Below the pieces are notes generated by a model. It made no database searches. It saw only the letters and a list, made by a program, of their open reading frames with translations, and had not been told where the DNA came from. DNA of 64,000 bases, taken from an uncultured Acidobacteriota bacterium (GTDB lineage Bacteria > Acidobacteriota > Terriglobia > UBA7540). The stretch covers positions 576,001 to 640,000 of the forward strand of contig CAWDSK010000003.1 of NCBI GenBank assembly GCA_963804995.1. The letters are read 5' to 3'. Positions 9,370 through 17,865 of the stretch are shown piece after piece. Made by a program: the position numbers and the translations under genes. Position 1 is the stretch's first letter, and each line of letters starts with the position of its first letter.

Positions 9370-11631
9370 ATGGTCTTGCGCAAAACAAATTTGAAATCCG
9401 AAACTCCGGATAAGGGGCCAGATGAGGGGAATGATTCGACCGGTAAGAACCACAGTCAGTCGCAGACTCGGAGGGCCGACGGATTGGTCCCGCCCATGCG
9501 GCCCTCCCCGGCATCGCGATTCGCAACCCACCCGACGGTCTGGGCGGCCATTCTCCTGGGCCTGTTCTGTAGTTCCGCCGGCCTCTCGCAAAGTGATTCT
9601 CTCAATCGCACGCCGGTTTTGCTGATTACCGTCGATACGCTGCGCTGGGACCGGCTGGGCTGCTACGGGTCTCGCAGCGTCCGAACCCCCGCCATGGACT
9701 CCCTGGCCGCGCAGGGCGCGCGCTTTGAAAACGCCTTGGCCCAGGTTCCCGTCACCTTGCCCTCGCATACCGTGATCTTGACCGGGACCTATCCGATATA
9801 CAACGGGGCCCGCCACTATACAAGTCCGAACATCTTCCCGAGTATCGGACTGCTGCCGGAGGCCTTCCGCCGCCAGGGCTACGATACGGCGGCCTTTGTG
9901 AGCGCGTACGTGCTGAATTCGATCTGGGGCTTGAATCGCGGCTTCCAGACTTATGACGACCACTTCGGCCCGCGGCAGAATGTAATGCGCAACCCTGAGA
10001 ACGTTGAGCGCCGCGCCGACGAAACTGTGGGGCACTTGCTGGCTTGGTTCGAGGCCCGTGCCCAGCGAGGCGCAGCGGCCCGGCCTTTCTTCGTCTGGCT
10101 ACATCTCTACGATCCGCACAGTCCTTATGATCCTCCGGAGCCCTTCCACAGTCAGTACGCCGGACGCCTTTACGACGGCGAAGTGGCTTACGCGGACAGC
10201 CAGTTGGCGCGGCTATTTGATTATCTCCGCAAGAGCGGCCTCTACGATCGCACACTTGTGGTGCTGCTGGCTGATCACGGAGAGTCGCTGGGCGAGCACG
10301 GCGAAGACGAGCACGGCTTCTTCATCTACAACTCCACCTTGCACGTTCCGCTCATCTTTAAACTCCCGCAGGGAGAGGGTACGCCGCGTGTCGTCCACCG
10401 GCTGGTAGGGACCATCGACGTGGCGCCCACCCTCCTCGAACTGCTGCACCTTCGCGATCCCCTCAGCCGCCAGTTCCAGGGAACCAGCCTGGCTTCCGAC
10501 ATCCTGGGAAAAGAGGCGGCCAGCGCGCGCCCCGTTTATTCCGAGACGTATTACCCGCGCGACTCCCTGGGCTGGAGCGAGCTTGCCGGCCTTACCACCG
10601 ACCGCTTCAAGTTCATCCAGGCGCCTCACCCGGAGCTTTACGACCTTAGCAAGGATCCTCAGGAGTTGCGCAACCTCTACAGCGAAAACGCCACGACCGC
10701 GGCCGCGCTGCGCGAACAACTGACGGACATCGAGCGGCGTTACAGTTCGACTCAGACTGCGGCGGTTGGCCCGCCCTTGCCGCCGGAAAGCCTCGAAAAG
10801 CTGCGGTCGCTCGGTTACCTCGCTTATTCGGCACCCGTACAGCCTGCCTCCGCCGGGCCGCTCCCTGACCCCAAGGACCGCCTGAAGATATACAAGTCGA
10901 TCCAGCGCGCCCGCCTTTTGAATTCGACTGGACACAGCGAGGAGGCCGACGCGCTCCTCGCCACCGTCGCGAGCGAAGACCCGCACCTGTATGTGATTCC
11001 ATACTTGCAGGCTGAGAATTTCGCGCTGGTACATCGCTGGGATGATGCCGAACGCAGCTACCTGGCGTGCCTGAAACTCAATCCCGCCTACGATCAGGCG
11101 ATCATGGGGCTGGCGAATCTATATCTCGACAAGGGGGACGCCGCACAGGCGAAACCGTGGCTCGATCTCGCCATCCACCAGAACCCTCACAACTACACCG
11201 CCTACTACGCTCTGGGGGTGATAGCGCGGACGGAGAAGAACAATCAGGAAGGCTATCGCTGTTTCCTGAAGGCCGTCCAGGAGAATCCTGACTACGCGTA
11301 TTCCCAGCAGGAGTTGGGAATTACGCTGGTCGATCTGCAGCGCTACCAGGAATCCCTGGGGCCCTTGGGCCGCGCCGAAAGCCTTGGGCAGGAGGATGCG
11401 CGCCTCGAGCAATACTTCGGAACGGCCCTGGCAAACGTTGGCCGGTCGAAGGACGCCGTGGGTCATTACCAGAAGGCGCTGAAATTGAAGCCTGACTTCG
11501 CCGAGGCGCGCCTGAGCTTGGCTTTGACCTACCTCAGCCTGGGCGACCGCTCCGATGCGACCCGCGAGTTCCACACCCTCTGCCGCCAGAATGCTTCCCT
11601 GTGCCAACAGTTCCGCAACCAGTTTGAATAG
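9370..11631 (+). CDS. Sulfatase-like hydrolase (alkaline phosphatase superfamily) with C-terminal TPR domain
   Basis: LITVDTLRWD, TLPSHTVILTG, WLHLYDPHSPY, YDGEVAYAD, DHGESLGEHGE, LRSLGY, followed by TPR repeats. The true start may be downstream (e.g. MRPSPAS). Confidence 0.92.
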   Translation: MVLRKTNLKSETPDKGPDEGNDSTGKNHSQSQTRRADGLVPPMRPSPASRFATHPTVWAAILLGLFCSSAGLSQSDSLNRTPVLLITVDTLRWDRLGCYGSRSVRTPAMDSLAAQGARFENALAQVPVTLPSHTVILTGTYPIYNGARHYTSPNIFPSIGLLPEAFRRQGYDTAAFVSAYVLNSIWGLNRGFQTYDDHFGPRQNVMRNPENVERRADETVGHLLAWFEARAQRGAAARPFFVWLHLYDPHSPYDPPEPFHSQYAGRLYDGEVAYADSQLARLFDYLRKSGLYDRTLVVLLADHGESLGEHGEDEHGFFIYNSTLHVPLIFKLPQGEGTPRVVHRLVGTIDVAPTLLELLHLRDPLSRQFQGTSLASDILGKEAASARPVYSETYYPRDSLGWSELAGLTTDRFKFIQAPHPELYDLSKDPQELRNLYSENATTAAALREQLTDIERRYSSTQTAAVGPPLPPESLEKLRSLGYLAYSAPVQPASAGPLPDPKDRLKIYKSIQRARLLNSTGHSEEADALLATVASEDPHLYVIPYLQAENFALVHRWDDAERSYLACLKLNPAYDQAIMGLANLYLDKGDAAQAKPWLDLAIHQNPHNYTAYYALGVIARTEKNNQEGYRCFLKAVQENPDYAYSQQELGITLVDLQRYQESLGPLGRAESLGQEDARLEQYFGTALANVGRSKDAVGHYQKALKLKPDFAEARLSLALTYLSLGDRSDATREFHTLCRQNASLCQQFRNQFE

Positions 11632-11756
11632 ACCTGCCCGCAGTGCGTTGTCCCGGCAAAAATGTGAGGGCCGGTTTTGGGGATTACGACCAAAAACTGG
11701 TTGCTCTAAATGTCCATTCCAATTTATTGCTATTTGTCCCAGCACTGAGGATTTAT

Positions 11757-11786
11757 GTGGGACCTCGCTCGCTATGCCCCGCGGAG
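11757..11786. repeat. 30-bp exact repeat, second copy at 51417-51446
   Basis: gtgggacctcgctcgctatgccccgcggag is identical at both sites. Confidence 0.9.
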
Positions 11787-11906
11787 GCGCACAACTGGGA
11801 CACAAATCCGTTGGCCCATAAGCCTCGCGAGCGACAGATTGTCTGGATCGGCCAGCCCTGCCATTTGCGCAATTCAGGGGGTGAAAATCAGGGTCGGCGA
11901 TATCCT

Positions 11907-13115
11907 CTAGTGGGCCAGCTTGTACACTTCGCTTGCGGCCAGCAGAAATGCGCCAGTGACGAACTCGTGGGTACTGTTGCGCGCCACGGCGTGGGGCTCC
12001 GCGTCCACCGGCTGACCCCAAAGAATCTTGCCTTCCGGGCTGACGTTTTGCGTCAAACCTTTCCACGCCTTCCAGAGGGCCGGGAGATACTCTTTTCGGC
12101 TCAACACTCCATGGTTGATGCCCCAGGCCAATCCAAAACAGAAGAAGCCTGAGCCGCTGGTCTCGGGATTGGGGAATTGGTCCGGGTCGTCCAGGTTCAC
12201 CCGCCAAAGGCCATCCGCTCCCTGCCGCTTGACCACTTCCGGCGCCATGCGCAAGAAAATTTCGAGGTAACGCTGCCGGCTGGGGTCATGTTTCGGCAGA
12301 TAATCCAAAACCCGGGGGATGCCGGCGAAAACCCAGCCATTGGCGCGCGACCACAGGATCTTTTTCCCGTTGGGAGTTTTCTGGCCAATGAAACTGGGAT
12401 CGCGATAGTACAACCCGGATTCCTTGTCGAACAAAGGCGCCGTAGTGTCATCGAAAAACGCATTCATGATGTTGAGATATTTTTTATCGCCGGTAGCCTG
12501 GGCGAGCATGGCGAGCGCCGGCGCGCCGTAGAGGGCGTCGGCATAGGGGATTGGCGGCGACTTGGTATCTCTTGCGTCCATATACCAGAGTTTCGAACCC
12601 GCCGGCGAGAGGGGATCGGGTGTGGCGAGCCACAGGATCGACGGCTCGATCATCGCCCGATCCTTCTTGGCGAAGTAAATCTCAGCCCAGAGCTGGATGG
12701 GGAAGAGGCGGTTGGGCCCTATGCGCTCCTTGCCAACCTGCCATTGGAGTTCGCGACCGTATTTCACAGCTTGTTCCAGGTATGAGGGGTCCATGGTCGC
12801 CCGCCACGCCGCCATCACGCCGTTGTACCACACGACGCGCGGCCAAGGGTGCCACAGCGGGTCCGCTGCCTCCGACGGGTCTAACACCGGATGGGCGAGC
12901 TGATAAGAGTTCACCTTCTGGATAATCGCCAGGACGTCGGCTTTTGTCGGGATTGCGTCATCGGTTATTTCTTTTCCCGCCGCCATGGCTCCGGTGACGT
13001 GAACCCTTTCCCCGAATCTTAAGAGGTTAGTCGCGACCGAGGAGGTTTTCGCACCCGCTGCTGCTAGCAGGACGGGGTATGTAATCAATACGAGCCACGG
13101 TTTCCACTTGGTCAT
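11907..13115 (-). CDS. Glycoside hydrolase family 105/88 (unsaturated uronyl hydrolase-like)
   Basis: Signal peptide; LFDKESGLYYRD, WSRANGWVFAG, GLWRVNLDDP, ETSGSGFFCFGLAWG motifs. Confidence 0.9.
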   Translation of the reverse strand: MTKWKPWLVLITYPVLLAAAGAKTSSVATNLLRFGERVHVTGAMAAGKEITDDAIPTKADVLAIIQKVNSYQLAHPVLDPSEAADPLWHPWPRVVWYNGVMAAWRATMDPSYLEQAVKYGRELQWQVGKERIGPNRLFPIQLWAEIYFAKKDRAMIEPSILWLATPDPLSPAGSKLWYMDARDTKSPPIPYADALYGAPALAMLAQATGDKKYLNIMNAFFDDTTAPLFDKESGLYYRDPSFIGQKTPNGKKILWSRANGWVFAGIPRVLDYLPKHDPSRQRYLEIFLRMAPEVVKRQGADGLWRVNLDDPDQFPNPETSGSGFFCFGLAWGINHGVLSRKEYLPALWKAWKGLTQNVSPEGKILWGQPVDAEPHAVARNSTHEFVTGAFLLAASEVYKLAH

Positions 13116-13130
13116 TTGATTTCCCCTTGC

Positions 13131-13250
13131 TCAGCACGACCCGTTTATCTTGTCAGCACCACCCCATTTCATTTTCAGCACCATGCCTTTTCCTTTTCAG
13201 CACCACTTCATTTCCTTTTCAGCACCACTTCATTTCCTTTTCAGCACCAC
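13131..13250. repeat. Tandem repeat, 22-bp period, ~6 copies (consensus TCAGCACCACTTCATTTCCTTT)
   Basis: TCAGCAC starts at 13131, 13153, 13175, 13197, 13219 and 13241. Confidence 0.93.
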
Positions 13251-13385
13251 CCCGTCGCTCAGCGCGCCACCCCTCCTCATCTGAGGCGGGGAGTTCCCTT
13301 TTTTTAAACAACTCCCCTCCTGATTTAGGAGGGGTGGCGCGCCGAGCGACGGGGTGGTTACCGGTGGCGCCGGGGTGGTTACGGC
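13245..13385. repeat. REP-like palindromic element (CCACCCC...CCCCTCCT...AGGAGGGG family); related copy at ~45781-45950
   Basis: caccaccccgtcgctc...ccacccctcctcatctgaggcggggag / ctcccctcctgatttaggaggggtgg...gagcgacggggtggt. Confidence 0.85.
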
Positions 13386-13422
13386 GGGTGGCGCCGAGCG
13401 CCGGAGGGCTTTTTCCGGCAGG

Positions 13423-14838
13423 CTAATCCCGTTCCGCTTGAATTCCGAGTTCGCGCAACTTCTCTTGCAGGCTCTGGCGATGCAAACCGATGGCCGCGGC
13501 CGTGCGCGTAATGTTTCCGCCGTGCTCGCGAAGTTTGCCTTTGATAAAGGCAATCTCAAACTGCCGCCGCGCCTCCCTAAAATCGTCGATATTGAGAAAG
13601 CCTAAGTCACCGGACCCTGCCTGCCGAGTGGCGCCCGGCGCAACGGAGTCTCGCGAGAAGTCTTCCGCATGCAAGGTGTCGCTGCGGCTCATGACCATAG
13701 CGCTCTCAAGCGCATTCTTCAGCTCGCGAACATTTCCCTTCCACTCCGCGCCCATCAGAATTTCGATGGCATCCTTGGCGACTGCTACTGACGGCCGGGC
13801 GTGTTTCTCGCCCAGCATCTGGCAGAACTGTTCGACCAAAAGGGGAATGTCCTCGCGATGCTCGCGCAGCGGTGGCAAACGCAGCAGCACCACGCGCAGG
13901 CGGTAGTAGAGGTCCTCGCGAAAGATTTGTTTTGCAATCTCCGCGGCCAGATCTTTGTTGGTTGCACTCACAATGCGGACGTTGACTTCGAGCGGCGCGG
14001 TCCCGCCCAACCTGTCCACCCGGCGCGTCTCAAGGACCCGCAGGAGCTTGGCCTGGGTCGCGAGCGACATGTCCCCCACCTCATCGAGAAAAAGCGTGCC
14101 ACCATTCGCCAGCTCAAACTTGCCGCGTTTCATTGCCATGGCACCGGTGAAGGCGCCCTTCTCAAATCCAAACAGCTCACTCTCAATCAAATGCTCCGGG
14201 AGGGCCGCGCAGTTCAAGGCCACAAACGGCCCCTTGCCGCGATTACTGCGCCGATGGATTTCCGTGGCCAGCAGTTCCTTTCCGGTCCCGCTTTCCCCTT
14301 GAATCATGACCGTGGCATCCGCTTGTGCGACCCGGTCGGCCAAGTCAAAAAGTTCCCGCATCACGCGGCTTGGACCGATCATGGCGCCGAATTGGCCTTC
14401 TGAAACCAACTGGCGCTTCAGCCGAACATTCTCTTCCGCCAGCGCCAAGTGCTCCAAGGCGCGCGCTACCACCAGACGAAGCTCATCCACTTCGAAAGGT
14501 TTCGGCAGATAGTCGTACGCCCCGCTCTTCATGGCTTCGACGGCAATCTTTTCCGAGCCATAGGCTGTGATCATGATGACCGCGGGACTGCTGGCTTGCG
14601 CTTTCAGTTCGCGAAGAAAATCCAGGCCGCTCTCCTCCGGCATTTCGATGTCCAGCAGAAGCAGATTGGGATTTTCCTGCGCAACCAGCGTGCGCGCGGC
14701 GGCGACGTTTTCCGCGTCCAGCACTCGATAGCGGTCTTCGAGCGCCCGCCGCATCCCGTAACGGGCGGTGCGGTCGTCGTCGACAATCAGGATGGTTTGA
14801 GGTTTTCGTTTCTGGTTCGAGGATTCTGTAGGGTTCAT
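13423..14838 (-). CDS. Sigma54-dependent response regulator (NtrC/AtoC family)
   Basis: Receiver domain (ILIVDDD, LLLDIEMP), AAA+ domain (GESGTGKE, GAFTGA, FLDEVG) and Fis-type HTH. Confidence 0.96.
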   Translation of the reverse strand: MNPTESSNQKRKPQTILIVDDDRTARYGMRRALEDRYRVLDAENVAAARTLVAQENPNLLLLDIEMPEESGLDFLRELKAQASSPAVIMITAYGSEKIAVEAMKSGAYDYLPKPFEVDELRLVVARALEHLALAEENVRLKRQLVSEGQFGAMIGPSRVMRELFDLADRVAQADATVMIQGESGTGKELLATEIHRRSNRGKGPFVALNCAALPEHLIESELFGFEKGAFTGAMAMKRGKFELANGGTLFLDEVGDMSLATQAKLLRVLETRRVDRLGGTAPLEVNVRIVSATNKDLAAEIAKQIFREDLYYRLRVVLLRLPPLREHREDIPLLVEQFCQMLGEKHARPSVAVAKDAIEILMGAEWKGNVRELKNALESAMVMSRSDTLHAEDFSRDSVAPGATRQAGSGDLGFLNIDDFREARRQFEIAFIKGKLREHGGNITRTAAAIGLHRQSLQEKLRELGIQAERD

Positions 14839-14914
14839 ATGGTTTTGCGAAGCCTCAGGGGGAATGACTCTCTAATTCTTTTCACGTAACCTCTTGTATC
14901 CTGTTCGATGCTAA

Positions 14915-15130
14915 GACCCCCTCACCCGTCCCGCTCCGGCTGATGAAAACGCCGGCAGCGGTCCACCCTCTCCCCCAAAGGGGCGAGGGCAGTAAGTTCA
15001 ACTTAACTCCCCCCTCGGTCGCCGCGGCGACTGAGGGCGGTAAGTTCAATTTAACTCTCCCCTCGGAGAGGGCTAGGCACCGTAAATCCCAGCCTTCTCC
15101 CAGGGGTCACAGATCCGCCGTGGCGGGAAA
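14915..15130. repeat. CCCCTCACCC...CCCTCTCCC(CC)AAGGGGCGAGGG REP-like cluster
   Basis: gaccccctcacccgtcccgctccggctgatgaaaacgccggcagcggtccaccctctccccc matches 53305 onward; the same family recurs more than 12 times in the window. Confidence 0.9.
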
Positions 15131-15239
15131 AGGGGTGCAAAAATCGTCTAAAACCTTCTTACCGCAGAGACGCTGAGGCGCAGAGGAATGAAAATAAAGG
15201 TCCTTTTCTCTGCGCCTCAGCGCCTCCGCGGTAAAAATA

Positions 15240-17306
15240 CTATTTCTTCACAGCTTCGGACCCCGATACATCGGGGCAGGCTGCCCGTGGCTCATCGGAC
15301 CCGGCGGCGCGGAAGCGTACTACGAACCGCGTGCCGGGGTGCGCGGCGTTTGCCCCAACACTCTGCACGGGGCTTTCACATTCCACGGAGCCGCCAATCT
15401 CATCCAAGCGTCGTTTTACGATGGCGAGGCCCAACCCGGTTCCACCCGGGCGCGTGGTGAAAAACGGCTGGAAGACTCTATCCAACTTATCCGCCGGAAT
15501 GCCCTGCCCTTCGTCTTCTACAGACAGCTCGACGCGGCCCCGCTCATTTTGCGTGTGAACCAGGCGAATCCGAATTGTGCCACCCTCCCGGCTAGCTTCC
15601 AATGCGTTCACAAGCAGATTTGAAATGATGTCGCTCGCGGCCTCTTCGCCCCCTTCAATCGAGCACGGCTCCCCTGCCTCCACCTCCAGGGTTACCTTGA
15701 GTCTCTCCGCCTCCACCCGCAGAATCGCCGCGACTCTTGCCACCACCACTGCCAGGTCCGCGGGACGGTCGGTGTCACGCGCGGGCTTGGCGTAACGGAG
15801 AACCTGCGAGATGTTTCGATTCAAGCGGTCGATCTCTTCCACCAGCATGTGGCAGTCGCGCCGCGCCGGCTCCGGAAGAGTTTGATCCTCTTCCAGGAGC
15901 TGCACAATCGTTTTCATGGAGCTGAGGGGGTTCTTCACGTTATGCGCAATCCGCGCCGCCATCTCACCCAGGAAAGCCATCTTGGCTTTTTCCGCAAGCT
16001 GGCGTTCCAGGTTAACCTTGTCGGCGATGAGCCGGCAAAGCTCCAAGGCGCCCGCCAGACGGCTGGCAAAGATTTCAAGCGCCGCAAGCTGATCGCCGGA
16101 AACTTCGGCTGCGGCCGGAATGACTTCGAGGTAAGCGATGGTTTCTCCGCTGCGATGAACCGGCACCCAGCGCGGTTTCTTCCAAGTCGCCGTGCCCTGA
16201 GTCTCGGGGTGAGTAGAGCCCTGCCAGAGCTTGACGCGCTCCAGGCCGAGTTCCTTAGGTACACGCTCCTCCACAAAAGCCTGAAGAGAATCCACATCCC
16301 CCGTCTGCTTGGCATGCTCCTCAACTTCATCCGCGAGGTTTTGGACCTTTTCAAACTCTGATACGAATTGACTATGCAGGGCCTGATTGATCAGTCGCTT
16401 CATCGGTTCGAGCAGGACGACGAGGATAAAAATCATAATGCCTTCCGTGACGACGGCAGGCAAAACCTCCCGCGCCTCAAGCCAGGCGCTGATCCGGCGC
16501 ATGAAGTTCAGGTAAAGCAGAAACCCAAAGCCCGCGATTACCGCGTAGGCAACATTGCGCTGCACGCGGAGATCCAGAAAATTGTAGCGGAAGATGGAGT
16601 AACCCATGAGAGCACTGGGAATAATCGCGACCAGCATCAACGCTGTGGGGAAGTATCCTCCCAATCCCCCCAAGCGCGGCAGCGTATACGGAACGAAAAC
16701 CAAGGTGAGCCCAAGGAATCCCTGCAACCCTGCAAGATATCCATGAAATCTCGCCAGAGTTGGGTTGACTTCTCTCTGACGCTTGGCGAGGAACAGATTC
16801 ACCCCCGCCGCCAGGAACAAGGCGGCAACCGCCCAGACGACCAGCAGGCTTATGGGCCACCCCAGCGCCACCAGCGGCTCGATGCCCAGGTGGCCAAGCG
16901 TTCTTCCCACAACCCACGGACTCGCCAGAAGCGGCAGATAGAAGCAGGCCACGAGCAACTTTTGGTTGAAGCGAAGTGGCACAAACCCTCCCAGGTATTC
17001 CACCTGAACGTGAACCAGGAGGGGGACCGCCGTCAGGAAGCCGGCCAGCGCCAAGAAGGGGGCAAAGCCCGAAAGGAAGGGGGGACCGGCTCCATAGAAA
17101 AGGCCGATGTTCAGAGCCAGCAGGTTTCCCGCATACCACATGAACAGCGCCGCCATCAAGGCGAAGAGGAGCCATTCAAACCGCCGCAGGCGACGATTGC
17201 CCAAGATCAGAACCATCAAGAAGAGATGGACAAGCGTCCCCACGCTGTAGATGACCAGCTTGGTGGCCACTAGAAGAGTGAGTTCAGAAGCGACATCCAC
17301 GCGCAA
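15240..17306 (-). CDS. Membrane-bound sensor histidine kinase (multi-TM + GAF-like + HisKA/HATPase), cognate of the downstream regulator
   Basis: About 8-9 hydrophobic segments, H-box IAHNVKNPLSS, N-box NLLVNALEA, DEGQGI, FFTT, GTGLGL. The stop codon is supplied by the repeat element. Confidence 0.94.
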   Translation of the reverse strand: MRVDVASELTLLVATKLVIYSVGTLVHLFLMVLILGNRRLRRFEWLLFALMAALFMWYAGNLLALNIGLFYGAGPPFLSGFAPFLALAGFLTAVPLLVHVQVEYLGGFVPLRFNQKLLVACFYLPLLASPWVVGRTLGHLGIEPLVALGWPISLLVVWAVAALFLAAGVNLFLAKRQREVNPTLARFHGYLAGLQGFLGLTLVFVPYTLPRLGGLGGYFPTALMLVAIIPSALMGYSIFRYNFLDLRVQRNVAYAVIAGFGFLLYLNFMRRISAWLEAREVLPAVVTEGIMIFILVVLLEPMKRLINQALHSQFVSEFEKVQNLADEVEEHAKQTGDVDSLQAFVEERVPKELGLERVKLWQGSTHPETQGTATWKKPRWVPVHRSGETIAYLEVIPAAAEVSGDQLAALEIFASRLAGALELCRLIADKVNLERQLAEKAKMAFLGEMAARIAHNVKNPLSSMKTIVQLLEEDQTLPEPARRDCHMLVEEIDRLNRNISQVLRYAKPARDTDRPADLAVVVARVAAILRVEAERLKVTLEVEAGEPCSIEGGEEAASDIISNLLVNALEASREGGTIRIRLVHTQNERGRVELSVEDEGQGIPADKLDRVFQPFFTTRPGGTGLGLAIVKRRLDEIGGSVECESPVQSVGANAAHPGTRFVVRFRAAGSDEPRAACPDVSGSEAVKK

Positions 17307-17358
17307 CCCTCAGACCGGAGACAGGCGGTTCAAACCTTCACTGCTGAGCTTAGCGCAG

Positions 17359-17682
17359 CTAGTGCGGTGTCCCGGTTAATATCTGACAAGGCTTCCGACC
17401 CCCTCACCCCCCAGCCCCTCTCCCCCAAAGGGGCGAGGGGAGAGTTAATTCTCTTGCCCTCGCCCCTTTGGGGGAGAGGGTGGCTGGCCGAGGCGTTCTC
17501 ATCAGCCGAGGCCAGACGGGTGAGGGGGTTCTACCCCTTGTCAACTCTAACTCGGGACACCACACTAGGTGACATGCCCCCCCCGGCCCCTCTCCCCCAA
17601 AGGGGCGAGGGGAGAAGAAAGTTGAATTCCTGCCCTCGCCCCTTTGGGGGAGAGGGTGGCGCGCAGCGCCGGGTGAGGGGGT
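17359..17682. repeat. Nested repeat cluster: MITE-like terminal inverted repeats enclosing a REP pair, followed by a second REP pair
   Basis: ctagtgcggtgtcccggtta (17359) / taactcgggacaccacactag (~17568) flank inverted CCCCTCACCC-family units; another pair lies at ~17577-17682. Confidence 0.8.
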
Positions 17683-17865
17683 CCATGCGTCACGCTCTTG
17701 TGCAAAGCTCAGTAGTCACGCGCCGCTTACGCTGGCACCATTGTACGGCTGCCAGGAAGGGGGCTCAAGTAATAGGTCCGTTCGCAATCTCATTTGCACA
17801 CTTGCGACTCTTATGCGAGGATGGTGCGGCCCTTTTGAAGTAGGCAAGGGTCCTGATTACCCAAG

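Noticed and set aside
13131..13250. CRISPR array
   Set aside because: Units are contiguous 22-mers without unique spacers, and there are no cas genes.
14943..17843. Small ORFs such as MKTPAAVHPLPQRGEG (also at 28847, 32105, 38395, 53240, 59404)
   Set aside because: They are translations of REP elements, not a protein family.
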